From positions 96,001 through 160,000 of the forward strand of contig JBITAJ010000028.1 of assembly GCA_044440125.1 (NCBI GenBank): a DNA stretch of 64,000 nucleotides. The letters are read 5' to 3'. Position 1 is the stretch's first letter. Every line of letters begins with the position of its first letter. Below are positions 54,807-64,000 of the stretch, piece after piece. A model generated the notes under the pieces. That model did no database searches. It saw nothing but the letters and a program-made list of their open reading frames with translations, and was not told where the DNA came from. Source of the stretch: Sedimentisphaeraceae bacterium JB056. GTDB taxonomy: Bacteria > Planctomycetota > Phycisphaerae > Sedimentisphaerales > Sedimentisphaeraceae. The position numbers and the translations under genes were made by a program.

Positions 54807-55628
54807 ATGGATATGACACGAGAAAAGATAAGCGATATCAAAAAATGGTTTGCCGCCTATACAGCGGCTTTTTACTGCGGTGACGACTTCGTTGACACAA
54901 ACGTACGGCTAAAGACACTGCACACGGCAAAGGTAGCCGAGGAGATAACCGACCTCGCGGACGATATCAACTTAGAGCAGCAACAGAAAAACATAGCAAC
55001 GATAATCGGGCTGCTTCATGATTGCGGCAGGTTTGAGCAGATCAGAAAATACAGAACCTTCAACGATGGTGAAAGCGAAAACCACGCCCTGCTCGCCGTA
55101 AGAATCATGGAAGAGCAAAAGATCATAGACGATCTGCCTGCTGATGCGCAACTAATGATTACCGAAGCCATAAAATCGCATAACGCAAAAGCGATAGAGC
55201 TGCCGGCTGATGTCCCGCAGGATACGCTGCTTTATGCCAAAATGATACGCGATGCCGACAAGCTCGACATATTTCGAGTGGTAAAGGTCAGCTATGAGCA
55301 ATACTTAAAGGACCCTTCAAAGGCCAACAACATGGCGATGAATTTCGGTCAGGACACCGGCAAATGCTCACAGGCAGTACTGGACGACCTGCTTGCCCAC
55401 AAACAAGTGGAATATACAAAACTGCAAACACTTGACGACAGGAAGCTGCTTCAATTATGCTGGGTATTCGACATAAACTTTCCGCCAATACTCCAGAAGC
55501 TCATTGATCGCGGCTATATAAGAATGATATTCGACGCCCTGCCGCAAACACAGCAAATGGAAACTGCAAAGCAAACGGTATGCAAATATGTAGACACAAT
55601 CCTGCCAGACTACTCCAAAAACATCTGA
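54807..55628 (+). CDS. HD domain metal-dependent phosphohydrolase
   Basis: HT..V, LLHDCGRFEQ, NHA, HN, RDADKLD. Confidence 0.88.
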   Translation: MDMTREKISDIKKWFAAYTAAFYCGDDFVDTNVRLKTLHTAKVAEEITDLADDINLEQQQKNIATIIGLLHDCGRFEQIRKYRTFNDGESENHALLAVRIMEEQKIIDDLPADAQLMITEAIKSHNAKAIELPADVPQDTLLYAKMIRDADKLDIFRVVKVSYEQYLKDPSKANNMAMNFGQDTGKCSQAVLDDLLAHKQVEYTKLQTLDDRKLLQLCWVFDINFPPILQKLIDRGYIRMIFDALPQTQQMETAKQTVCKYVDTILPDYSKNI

Positions 55629-55698
55629 CTTTCTAAAATTAGCAGGAAAATTGCTTGCAATCTGCGGTGTTTTTGTTAATATTTGCCCCTCTGAGATT

Positions 55699-55772
55699 GG
55701 GCGGTTAGCTCAGTTGGCTAGAGCATCTGGTCGACATCCAGAAGGTCGTAGGTTCAAGTCCTATACCGCCCA
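55699..55772 (+). tRNA. tRNA-Val(GAC)
   Basis: GGGCGGTTAGCTCAGTTGGCTAGAGCA-TCTGG-TCGACAT-CCAGA...GGTTCAAGTCC...ACCGCCCA. Confidence 0.93.
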
Positions 55773-55875
55773 CTAAGCCCCTTTTTGCATTAAACGGCAA
55801 TGAGGGGCTTTTTTATTGCTCACAGAATCAGCTTTTTATATTGTTTTGCCATTGGATATTGTTAAAATCATTGAT

Positions 55876-57021
55876 ATGACAGATATTAAGAGGCCAAACA
55901 TTATTTATTTCGTCATCCTCCTGCTGAGCGGATTCGTCTTTGCCGATCAAATCAGATTCGAGCATCCCGGCGGGCTTCATACGGCCGTCCAGATTGATAA
56001 TATCAGAAACAAGATGTCCGATGAGCCTGTAAAGAAAGCCTGTGATGTACTGTTTTCCACTGCACAAACTCTCCTTGAATACGAGCCAAATCCACCGGCT
56101 GATTTCAAGGTGCCGTATTATTACATGAATAAAAAGGCGTGTATGAAAGCGAAAAGCTCACTTAGCGATGATGCTTTTGCCGCTTACACACTCGCCTTGG
56201 CCGGTCAGATCAGCGAAGCGGAAACCGCCGACAAATATACGGCATCAGCCATCAGGATATTGAATGCCTGGGCCGCAACGAACAAAGAGATTTCAGGATT
56301 CGATGGGAATCTTATCGCCTGCTATTGCGGCGTGCCGCTGGTACTGGCGGCAGAGCTTGTAAACGAAAACCCTTTATGGAAAGAGACTGACAAGCAGATT
56401 TTCAGGCAGTGGCTCTCAAACACGCTCGCAAAAAGTGCAAATTCGATTAAACGCAAAAAGAACAATCACGGCTGCTGGGGACTCTATACATCACTGGCAT
56501 GCAATTATTTCCTTGAAGATACCGAAGGCTTTGAAAGTGATATCAATCTTCTAAAAAAGCAAATATCGGCAATGATAGCCGACTCAGGCGAGCTGCCTTC
56601 GGAGAACAAACGCACAAACAGCGGGATGTGGTACACATATTTCGCATTGTGCCCAATGAGCTGCTCGGCCGCAATTGTCACAAATGCCACCGGTGAGGAT
56701 ATGTTCAACTACACTGATGCCAAAAGACGGGGATTAAAACCGGCACTCGATAAGCTGTTTGAATACAGCATATCGCCGCAAAGCTGGCCATATGAAAAAC
56801 CGACCGGTCTAACAGGAGCCATTCACAACCTATTCAATCCGAGTTCCGATAAGGTTAAAATGCCGCGGCCTGACTCATGGCCCGCAAATCTATATGAGGT
56901 TATGATACCCTTATACAATGGACAAGACTGGGATAACTGGCTCAAATCCCACCGCCCAATCCAAAGCGGCAGAGGCTGGTGCTGGGCAACAATATCCGCA
57001 GCTCAATGGGACAACCAATAA
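55876..57021 (+). CDS. Secreted alginate-lyase-family protein (PF05426-like)
   Basis: Signal peptide, FEHPG, NNHGCW, E..R...WYTYFAL. Confidence 0.75.
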   Translation: MTDIKRPNIIYFVILLLSGFVFADQIRFEHPGGLHTAVQIDNIRNKMSDEPVKKACDVLFSTAQTLLEYEPNPPADFKVPYYYMNKKACMKAKSSLSDDAFAAYTLALAGQISEAETADKYTASAIRILNAWAATNKEISGFDGNLIACYCGVPLVLAAELVNENPLWKETDKQIFRQWLSNTLAKSANSIKRKKNNHGCWGLYTSLACNYFLEDTEGFESDINLLKKQISAMIADSGELPSENKRTNSGMWYTYFALCPMSCSAAIVTNATGEDMFNYTDAKRRGLKPALDKLFEYSISPQSWPYEKPTGLTGAIHNLFNPSSDKVKMPRPDSWPANLYEVMIPLYNGQDWDNWLKSHRPIQSGRGWCWATISAAQWDNQ

Positions 57022-57153
57022 TGTCATAGCCGCATAAAAAAAGGCAATAACTTCCTTGATATTGTTTATATAAAATGCTATTATGTTTCTTTATGTAGAA
57101 ACGGGCTATTCGTAGCCTATTGACATTAACAGACTTGTAAGGATTGTGTGGAT

Positions 57154-58374
57154 ATGAGCGATTTAACTACTAACATGCCCGATAAAAAGGGATATTTTGG
57201 CGAATATGGCGGCAGTTTTGTCCCGCCGCAACTCGAGGGTATTCTTGAAGAAATCACGACAGAATACGAAAAGCTCAGTAAGAGCAAAGAATTTCAGGAC
57301 GAACTCGCTTACTACTACAAGCATTACGTAGGTCGTCCAAGCCCCGTTTTTTATGCGAAAAACCTCTCTGAAAAAATCGGAGGCGCTCAGATATATCTCA
57401 AACGTGAAGACCTGAACCATACCGGTGCTCACAAGATCAATCACTGCCTCGGCGAGGCCCTGCTGGCTAAAAAGATGGGCAAGACCCGCCTCATAGCTGA
57501 AACAGGTGCCGGACAACATGGCGTAGCGCTTGCTACAGCGGCAGCACTGGTCGGCCTCGAATGTCATATTTATATGGGCGAGGTTGATATTGCTAAGGAA
57601 CATCCCAATGTTGTTCGTATGGAAATACTTGGAGCGAAGGTTGTGCCGGTCAAATCAGGCCTCAAGACGCTTAAGGAAGCTGTAGACGAAGCATTTATCG
57701 CTTATCTTGGCGATCCGGTCAACCAGCTTTACGCGATTGGCTCAGTCGTCGGCCCGCATCCGTTCCCTATGATGGTACGTGATTTCCAGGCTATAGTAGG
57801 CCGTGAGGCTAAAGAACAATTTAAAGAGCTGACCAACAAAACGCCTGATAATCTGGTTGCATGCGTTGGCGGCGGCTCTAATGCAATGGGCCTTTTCAGT
57901 GCATTTCTTGAGGATAAGGACACTAAGATATACGGCGTAGAGCCGCTGGGTGTAGGCTTCAAGGTCGGCGAACATGCCGCAACACTGACATACGGCAAAC
58001 CGGGGATTATACACGGATTCAAGTGTTACCTGCTTCAGGATGAAAAAGGCGAACCGGCACCGGTTTATTCAGTTGCCTCTGGCCTTGATTATCCCGGCGT
58101 AGGACCTCAGCACAGTTATCTCAAAGATGCCGGCCGTGTTGACTATCAGGCAATTGATGATAAAGAATCCATCGATGCTTTCTTCGAGCTTTCGCGCGTT
58201 GAAGGTATTATACCGGCGATTGAGAGCGCTCATGCCGTGGCATTTGCAATGAAACTCGCCGCAAAGCTTGACAAAGAGCAAACTATCCTCGTAAACCTTT
58301 CAGGAAGAGGGGATAAAGATATCGATTTCGTAGTAGAGAAATACGGGCCGCAATACGGTATCGAAAACAATTAA
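57154..58374 (+). CDS. trpB: Tryptophan synthase beta chain
   Basis: [49 protein letters not shown]. Confidence 0.96.
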   Translation: MSDLTTNMPDKKGYFGEYGGSFVPPQLEGILEEITTEYEKLSKSKEFQDELAYYYKHYVGRPSPVFYAKNLSEKIGGAQIYLKREDLNHTGAHKINHCLGEALLAKKMGKTRLIAETGAGQHGVALATAAALVGLECHIYMGEVDIAKEHPNVVRMEILGAKVVPVKSGLKTLKEAVDEAFIAYLGDPVNQLYAIGSVVGPHPFPMMVRDFQAIVGREAKEQFKELTNKTPDNLVACVGGGSNAMGLFSAFLEDKDTKIYGVEPLGVGFKVGEHAATLTYGKPGIIHGFKCYLLQDEKGEPAPVYSVASGLDYPGVGPQHSYLKDAGRVDYQAIDDKESIDAFFELSRVEGIIPAIESAHAVAFAMKLAAKLDKEQTILVNLSGRGDKDIDFVVEKYGPQYGIENN

Positions 58375-58403
58375 CACAAATAAGTGATAACAAAACCCTG
58401 TTG

Positions 58404-58438
58404 AATAGAGGGATGCAATAAACTTGCATCCCTCTATT
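58404..58438. terminator. Bidirectional terminator hairpin
   Basis: 15-bp perfect stem AATAGAGGGATGCAA/TTGCATCCCTCTATT between convergent genes. Confidence 0.75.
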
Positions 58439-58453
58439 TATTTCCACTAACTT

Positions 58454-58864
58454 TTAATCGCATTGCTGCGCAGTTTTCATCATCTGGCAAACTTCCAGAT
58501 CGTCTTCTGCTTTTTTCAGCTCAAGAACATCATTGATCACATAGTCATCAAAACCGCATGACTTCTTGCCGTGATATTCGATAAGCGGACGACGTATAAG
58601 CAAATGCTCTTTAAGCATCGCATCAAGAGCCTGCTCTTCATCCATTTCCCCAGGTTTTACAAGTCCCTCTTTAATAACGGGAGCAGTCATGTTGAACCAA
58701 TGTTTTACAGGTCGATCGTCAAAGAACGGGCGAAGCGTTTCTTTTGTCCAATTCTGATCGAGTATAGACCTGACCTCAAGCGTAAATCCATTTTGCTCAA
58801 GAGATGCTTTTTGACGTGCATTGCCCTTACAGCCCGGTTTTTCATAAAATATTATTGCCTTCAT
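58454..58864 (-). CDS. ArsC/Spx-like protein (nitrogenase-associated subfamily-like)
   Basis: FYEKPGCKGNARQK, WFN..AP, LLIRRPL. Confidence 0.85.
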   Translation of the reverse strand: MKAIIFYEKPGCKGNARQKASLEQNGFTLEVRSILDQNWTKETLRPFFDDRPVKHWFNMTAPVIKEGLVKPGEMDEEQALDAMLKEHLLIRRPLIEYHGKKSCGFDDYVINDVLELKKAEDDLEVCQMMKTAQQCD

Positions 58865-59211
58865 TGTATTTCTCCGTTTCAAGTAATTGAATATCTCTAA
58901 ATCAGTTTAACATTATAGATAAAAAAACTGAGAAACCAAAAAACATTCGCCATTTTAAAAATTATTAAATATCAAACATAGAACACTAATTCCTTTAGTA
59001 ATAAAGACGGGATACCGTTTTGTTTCGTCTTTAAGGCATTTAAACAAGTTTTAGGTTGCTTTATCAGGCTCCATATGTAGAATATCCCGCTCATTTCAAG
59101 CTCATTGTGAGCAAAATCAAGCTGTTGACTCGTATTCGTTTCTCTCTTTAGTCTTTAGCTTCTGAATGTGTTCAAAGAGAGAAAATCATATGTTAAGACA
59201 GGATAAAACGA

Positions 59212-60915
59212 ATGATCGATCTGATAATCAGACGACAGAAAAACTTGAAGAATGAATTGCTATCCGGCCTTACGGTCGCACTTGCCCTTGTTCCTGAAGC
59301 AGTGGCTTTTGCTTTTGTTGCCGGTGTCGACCCATCAGTAGGATTATGGGCTGCTTTTTTCATGGGCCTTATAACCTCTCTTATCGGCGGCAGACCGGGA
59401 ATGATATCGGGTGCAACCGGAGCAATGGCTGTTGTGATGACAGCTTTTGTCGTCCTTTACGGTCTTGAATACCTTTTCGCGGCTGTTATATTGTGCGGTA
59501 TTATACAGACGGTGTGCGGCTTTCTGCGTGTTGGAAAGTTTGTAAGACTTTTGCCCCATCCGGTTATGCTTGGTTTTGTTAACGGTCTGGCGATTGTGAT
59601 AGGCAAAGCCCAATTCGGTCAGCTCAAGACAGATTGGCATGTAGTCTACAATGCTTCACACAACGCCTTTGAAGTAGCCGGCCATTGGATGTTAGGTTCT
59701 GAATTATGGATAACTATAGGGCTTATACTTCTCACCATGGGAATAATTCATTTCCTACCGAAACTTACAAATATAATCCCGGGAACTCTTGCGGCGATTA
59801 TTGCAGTAACGCTGCTTGTTCAGTTATCTCCAATTCAATCTACAACAGTCAGCGATTTTGTAGAGCATAAGAATGTTGTTACGAGAGAAAAGAACTACAA
59901 GAGCGATTTGTTTAACAAAATGAAGGCCGATCTCAAGGTCTCTGAAATAGATGCAAAAGCAGCAGAGCTCGCCGCTTCTGAGATTGAAGTGCCGCTTGCG
60001 GAAGATTCCAGAAAAGCGGGCGTGTTCCAAATACCTGACATAGCCTTTAATTTTAAGAGTATCAGTATTATCTTCGGTCTGGCTTTGACTCTTGCCGCTA
60101 TCGGACTTATCGAATCACTGATGACGCTTACTCTTATTGATGAGCTTACAGAGACGCGAGGCAGCGGTAATCGTGAATGTATCGGGCAGGGAATTGCCAA
60201 TATTGTATCAGGACTGTTTGGAAGTATGGGTGGTTGTGCAATGATCGGCCAATCTATGATTAATATACGTTCCGGCGGTCGCAGCAGACTTTCAGGCACA
60301 ATCGCCGCTTTGGTTTTGCTTTGTGTGATTCTTTTCCCGCCGCTTTGGAAATGTGTGGGTATGATACCTGTAGCTTCGCTTATAGGCGTGATGTTTATTG
60401 TTGTAATTGCTACGTTTGAGTGGACAAGCCTGAGATTGTGGAATAAGATTCCCAAAAGCGATATGTTTATAATAGTTATGGTATCGGCTATGACAGTCAT
60501 ATTTGATCTTGCAATGGCAGTTGCGGCAGGTGTAATTATATCAGCACTTGTGTTTGCATGGCAGAAATCAAAACGGATAAGCGCGGAAATAAGAGATGAA
60601 GAAGGCAAACGCACATATGAATTAAACGGGCCGCTTTTCTTCGGCTCTATAACAAGCTTCAAAGAACTTTTAGACCCTGCTAACGACCCTGACAATGTCA
60701 TCCTTGAATTCTGTAATTGTCATGTCTACGATCATTCTGCACTTGAGGCGATTAATTTCGTAACTGAGAAATATCGCGAACAAGGCAAAAATATCCGCTT
60801 GAAACATTTGAGCAGAGAATGCCAGAAACTGCTTCATAACGCATCCGATATAATCGAAGTGGATATGATAGGCGATCCTGATTACCATCTTGCAATAGAC
60901 AAAATCAAAGACTAA
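59212..60915 (+). CDS. SulP family anion transporter with STAS domain
   Basis: ALALVPEAVAF, GRPGMISGATG, GGCAMIGQS, GPLFFGS STAS. Confidence 0.93.
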   Translation: MIDLIIRRQKNLKNELLSGLTVALALVPEAVAFAFVAGVDPSVGLWAAFFMGLITSLIGGRPGMISGATGAMAVVMTAFVVLYGLEYLFAAVILCGIIQTVCGFLRVGKFVRLLPHPVMLGFVNGLAIVIGKAQFGQLKTDWHVVYNASHNAFEVAGHWMLGSELWITIGLILLTMGIIHFLPKLTNIIPGTLAAIIAVTLLVQLSPIQSTTVSDFVEHKNVVTREKNYKSDLFNKMKADLKVSEIDAKAAELAASEIEVPLAEDSRKAGVFQIPDIAFNFKSISIIFGLALTLAAIGLIESLMTLTLIDELTETRGSGNRECIGQGIANIVSGLFGSMGGCAMIGQSMINIRSGGRSRLSGTIAALVLLCVILFPPLWKCVGMIPVASLIGVMFIVVIATFEWTSLRLWNKIPKSDMFIIVMVSAMTVIFDLAMAVAAGVIISALVFAWQKSKRISAEIRDEEGKRTYELNGPLFFGSITSFKELLDPANDPDNVILEFCNCHVYDHSALEAINFVTEKYREQGKNIRLKHLSRECQKLLHNASDIIEVDMIGDPDYHLAIDKIKD

Positions 60916-60929
60916 ATACTTTAACAAAT

Positions 60930-60966
60930 AAAACCGGCAGAAGCTTAATTCTTTTGCCGGTTTTTT
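60930..60966 (+). terminator. Intrinsic terminator
   Basis: AAAACCGGCAGAAG...CTTTTGCCGGTTTTTT. Confidence 0.8.
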
Positions 60967-61096
60967 ATTCAGATTATCTGTATACTGCGACCCCGTACAA
61001 GCTGTTTATAAAAAGAAGGAATAAGCTGGAATAATTCGTTAACATTTGTTAACATATTATCAAATGTTAACCTTCGGAAAAAAGGAAAGAACATAG

Positions 61097-61951
61097 ATGA
61101 TAATCTGGACTGTAGGTTTTAATATAATTCGACCACTAAGCTCCTTCCCTACTCCACTGAGAGTAGAAAGGGAAGTGCAGGACAACCCCTCTTATGTCAG
61201 AGTAGGCAAAAACTGCAATGTAGAGAACCGGTGCACTATGACCTACACAATTTCCGGCAAGGGACAATTTCAGGACAGCAGCGGACAATACACAATAAAT
61301 CCGGGAGATGTCTTCCTGCGAATAGATAACGACCCAAGTATGTTTTTCAGCTATCCTAAAGATGGAAAAGAAAAATGGGACTTCATATGGTTCAATTATT
61401 GCGGTGAATCTGCAGCACAATATACCAAAGACATAATCTCACGCAACGGTCCGCTCTATCAGTTGGATTCTCAATCCCCTATTATACAAAAACTCTCATC
61501 ATACCAATCATACAGCGGGATGTCATGTAACATAACGCCAGGTGAAGGTTCAATGCTCGTCATAGAAGCATTGGCCGCTTTGAATCAGAGCCATAATGAA
61601 GATTTCAACAGCAGCTCACAGAACAGACTCATATTGAAGGCTCAGAAATTCATATCCAACAATATTTCACACAACATCTCTGTAGCGGAAATAGCTGCGG
61701 CAATAAGTATTTCAAGAGAACACCTCTCCCGTATATTCGCGGAAAACCTGCACATTACTCCTTATGAATATCTTGTAAAACAGAAAATGACGTTTGCATG
61801 CCAAATGCTTAACAACAGCACTCTTTCAAACAAAGAGATATCATCAAGGCTTGGCTACAACGATCAGGCTCAATTCTCACGTATATTCAAAAAGACACTA
61901 AATATGACACCAACCGAATTCAGAAAAGCCGGAATAAACCATCTACTATAA
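61097..61951 (+). CDS. AraC family transcriptional regulator
   Basis: SREHLSRIF...KEISSRLGYNDQAQFSRIFKKTLNMTPTEFR. Confidence 0.9.
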   Translation: MIIWTVGFNIIRPLSSFPTPLRVEREVQDNPSYVRVGKNCNVENRCTMTYTISGKGQFQDSSGQYTINPGDVFLRIDNDPSMFFSYPKDGKEKWDFIWFNYCGESAAQYTKDIISRNGPLYQLDSQSPIIQKLSSYQSYSGMSCNITPGEGSMLVIEALAALNQSHNEDFNSSSQNRLILKAQKFISNNISHNISVAEIAAAISISREHLSRIFAENLHITPYEYLVKQKMTFACQMLNNSTLSNKEISSRLGYNDQAQFSRIFKKTLNMTPTEFRKAGINHLL

Positions 61952-61966
61952 CAGTACAAACAAAAA

Positions 61967-62012
61967 CGGATACTCGCAGAAGACACACTGAAACATCTCC
62001 CTTGAGTATCCG
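61967..62012 (-). terminator. Long-stem terminator
   Basis: CGGATACTC...GAGTATCCG followed by a T-run on the minus strand. Confidence 0.6.
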
Positions 62013-62036
62013 AAATAATTTAATATTAATCAGTTA

Positions 62037-64000
62037 TCAATCACAAACAGGTTCACCCGATTTCCCCAACAGGAATATGGCATTAACCTGATCATCTGTG
62101 ATACAATCATCATAAACAACAAATTCATCAATATAGCCGGTATACCTATATGTAGAAGGCTCATCATACCTGCCGCCTATTGTAAAATTAGCCGTGGAAT
62201 CACGAACATCATAATCAAACGGCTCCCATATGGAATCCGGCATGTGACCAGTGCTTGATTGAGGACAAACACTAATACTAAAACTAACTCCATTGTATCT
62301 TGCAACGACATGATTCCATTGGCCAACAATACTCGATGCTGAAGTAAGTAATTGAGACTGCGAAGTATTATCGTCTTTACGCAATAGTAAGTCCAATTTC
62401 CCTGTAGCTCCGGTCAAAGCTATCCACCAACTGCGATTATTAACTCCGGCAGAAGCTTTTGATGCAACAATATGGTATCCACTATTTGCTTGCGTCTTAA
62501 ACCAGAAACTTATTGTCCAGCCATCTCCTGAAGAACCAAGGTCTAACTCATCATCATCGAAAGTCCTCAGCAATCTCTCAAAAACATTTGGATCTGAATT
62601 ATCAATATAGACACTGCTTCCAACAAGACTCTCTGCACCTGAAGTATAAGACAATGTCACTCCGGAAGGTTCGGAAAGATCCAGATTGTCCACAGAATCA
62701 TCACCATCACCATCCATATCCCAATAATAAGCCGCAGGTTCATAAAGTTCATCTACTTTAAATCTCGTACTAACTATGGAATGTTCTTCATCTTCTGCCA
62801 ACGCTGCATAGGTAGTGGCCACAAAGGTATTATCACCCAAACACTCTAAGCCGCCATAACCGGTATCCCATAGTATACCATTCAATTCAGTAGAGCCGCA
62901 GTTATTAATTAAACAAACTTTGTATTGTCCCTGAGTGTTCTGTACACCGCTTATAATATCATCATACTGCCCAACCCATGCGACATATTTCCCGTACGTA
63001 TCACTTTCACTGTGCATATCTCTGAATGCGATAACTAACTGTCCATAACTATTATAACGCGGCATATGTCTGTCACCAGTAAGGGAATTAGGCAATTCCA
63101 ATGGATCAGACCATGTCTCTCCCTCGTCATCAGTAGTCATCATCAATGAATTATACACACCGCGATTACAGCATCGGATGAGGCATAATATTTGATTCCC
63201 ATCAGGCGAACGTACAATTGCAGGTTCTGCTGGTTGAGCCTCCGGCAATATCAGTATAGGCTTAGATTCTGTCCATGTAAGCCCGCCGTCAGAAGAAACG
63301 CTCTGCCATATAGTCCAATCAGACGTATGATAAACCATAAGATGCTGACTGCCGTTCTTAATTGGAATTATAGTAATTGGAACCACAACACATTCCAATC
63401 CATTGGTTGCAAAATTAGTCCATGTTGCGCCATCATCAGTTGAATAAGCCTGAACCATATCGCCATAGCCGGCCATTATAAATAACCGCTCAACATCATT
63501 GCTGTCTGTAAGTTTGTGCAGTGTTGGACAATTGTCATAACTCAAACAATTTGCCGGAACCTGACTGCGAGTCTGCCACGTCAAACCGGCATCAGTACTT
63601 TTGGTTATTCCTGCAACAGCTCCGCCATGCCCCAATGTATAAGTACAATATATTGTTTCGTAATCATCAAGCATAACAGTTGATGGATGTCCGAAATACT
63701 GATCAGGATCATACTCAACAATAACCCTTCTGCTTGTATCACTTGATAAGTCAGCGGTTTCTATTGGAGTAGTAAAACTCCAGACTTCGCCTTTCCAAGG
63801 ACTTTGCGGATAACCGCCATTCACTTCATCAATTCTCCAATAATAAGTTGTCCCGGGTTTTAGACCACCAACATCATATGTATTTGAAGTCTGATTAGAT
63901 TTGTAATAATCAGACAAAGTATCCGCTACGGCAACTTGATTATAGTCATCTCCGAAATACACATTGTGCGATGATGCATACGTTCCCGAACCCCAGCTAA
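62037..64000 (-). CDS. Modular extracellular protein, partial (N-terminus beyond the window): FN3-like module, BNR/Asp-box sialidase-like (GH33-like) propeller, LamG/ConA-like domain
   Basis: Frame open to the window end (SWGSGTYASSHNVYFG); Asp-boxes STDAGLTW, STDDGATW, SSDGGLTW, TDDEGETW; LamG WTISFWFK...WNHVV...GYIDEF. Confidence 0.8.
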   Translation of the reverse strand, partial: SWGSGTYASSHNVYFGDDYNQVAVADTLSDYYKSNQTSNTYDVGGLKPGTTYYWRIDEVNGGYPQSPWKGEVWSFTTPIETADLSSDTSRRVIVEYDPDQYFGHPSTVMLDDYETIYCTYTLGHGGAVAGITKSTDAGLTWQTRSQVPANCLSYDNCPTLHKLTDSNDVERLFIMAGYGDMVQAYSTDDGATWTNFATNGLECVVVPITIIPIKNGSQHLMVYHTSDWTIWQSVSSDGGLTWTESKPILILPEAQPAEPAIVRSPDGNQILCLIRCCNRGVYNSLMMTTDDEGETWSDPLELPNSLTGDRHMPRYNSYGQLVIAFRDMHSESDTYGKYVAWVGQYDDIISGVQNTQGQYKVCLINNCGSTELNGILWDTGYGGLECLGDNTFVATTYAALAEDEEHSIVSTRFKVDELYEPAAYYWDMDGDGDDSVDNLDLSEPSGVTLSYTSGAESLVGSSVYIDNSDPNVFERLLRTFDDDELDLGSSGDGWTISFWFKTQANSGYHIVASKASAGVNNRSWWIALTGATGKLDLLLRKDDNTSQSQLLTSASSIVGQWNHVVARYNGVSFSISVCPQSSTGHMPDSIWEPFDYDVRDSTANFTIGGRYDEPSTYRYTGYIDEFVVYDDCITDDQVNAIFLLGKSGEPVCD

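Noticed and set aside
58454..58864. Nitrogen fixation locus suggested by the ArsC-like protein
   Set aside because: No nif genes are present in the window.
59895..60701. 268-aa antisense ORF in sulP (and similar 150-240 aa shadows in the aldolase/SDR, PRTase, epimerase, trkA and icd genes)
   Set aside because: Fully overlap well-supported genes on the opposite strand and have no protein-like signature.

Overview
Bacterial chromosomal window, mostly core genome with AT-rich intergenic regions. It is probably from a Planctomycetota (Phycisphaerae/Sedimentisphaerales-like) organism; this is inferred from the 'HNVYFG...YYWRIDE...GEVWSFTT' secreted module and the gene repertoire. It encodes housekeeping genes (mnmE, nadK, yciH/SUI1, gloB, ileS, lysS, tig, monomeric icd, dprA, trpB), four tRNAs (Glu-TTC, Ala-GGC, Gly-GCC, Val-GAC) and four sensor histidine kinases with no stand-alone response regulator. 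It also carries two AraC regulators, secreted glycan-active proteins at both window edges (the left one is missing from the ORF track) and a probable rare-sugar catabolic set. No CRISPR array, rRNA, transposase or integrase was seen. Best observations: (1) a 1.35-kb single-gene module (AAA+/DUF4143 ATPase) bounded by a 39-bp duplication of the icd 3' end, with a perfect 37-bp palindrome over its promoter and a REP beside it; (2) an unannotated 316-aa protein that appears to be a highly divergent D-lyxose-isomerase-type cupin heading an isomerase-PfkB kinase-MtlD-like operon, possibly completed by a class II aldolase/SrlD-like SDR fusion; (3) long structured 5' leaders upstream of an RRM gene, a SulP gene and a secreted protein; (4) several REP-type families and repeated leaderless-type promoters.
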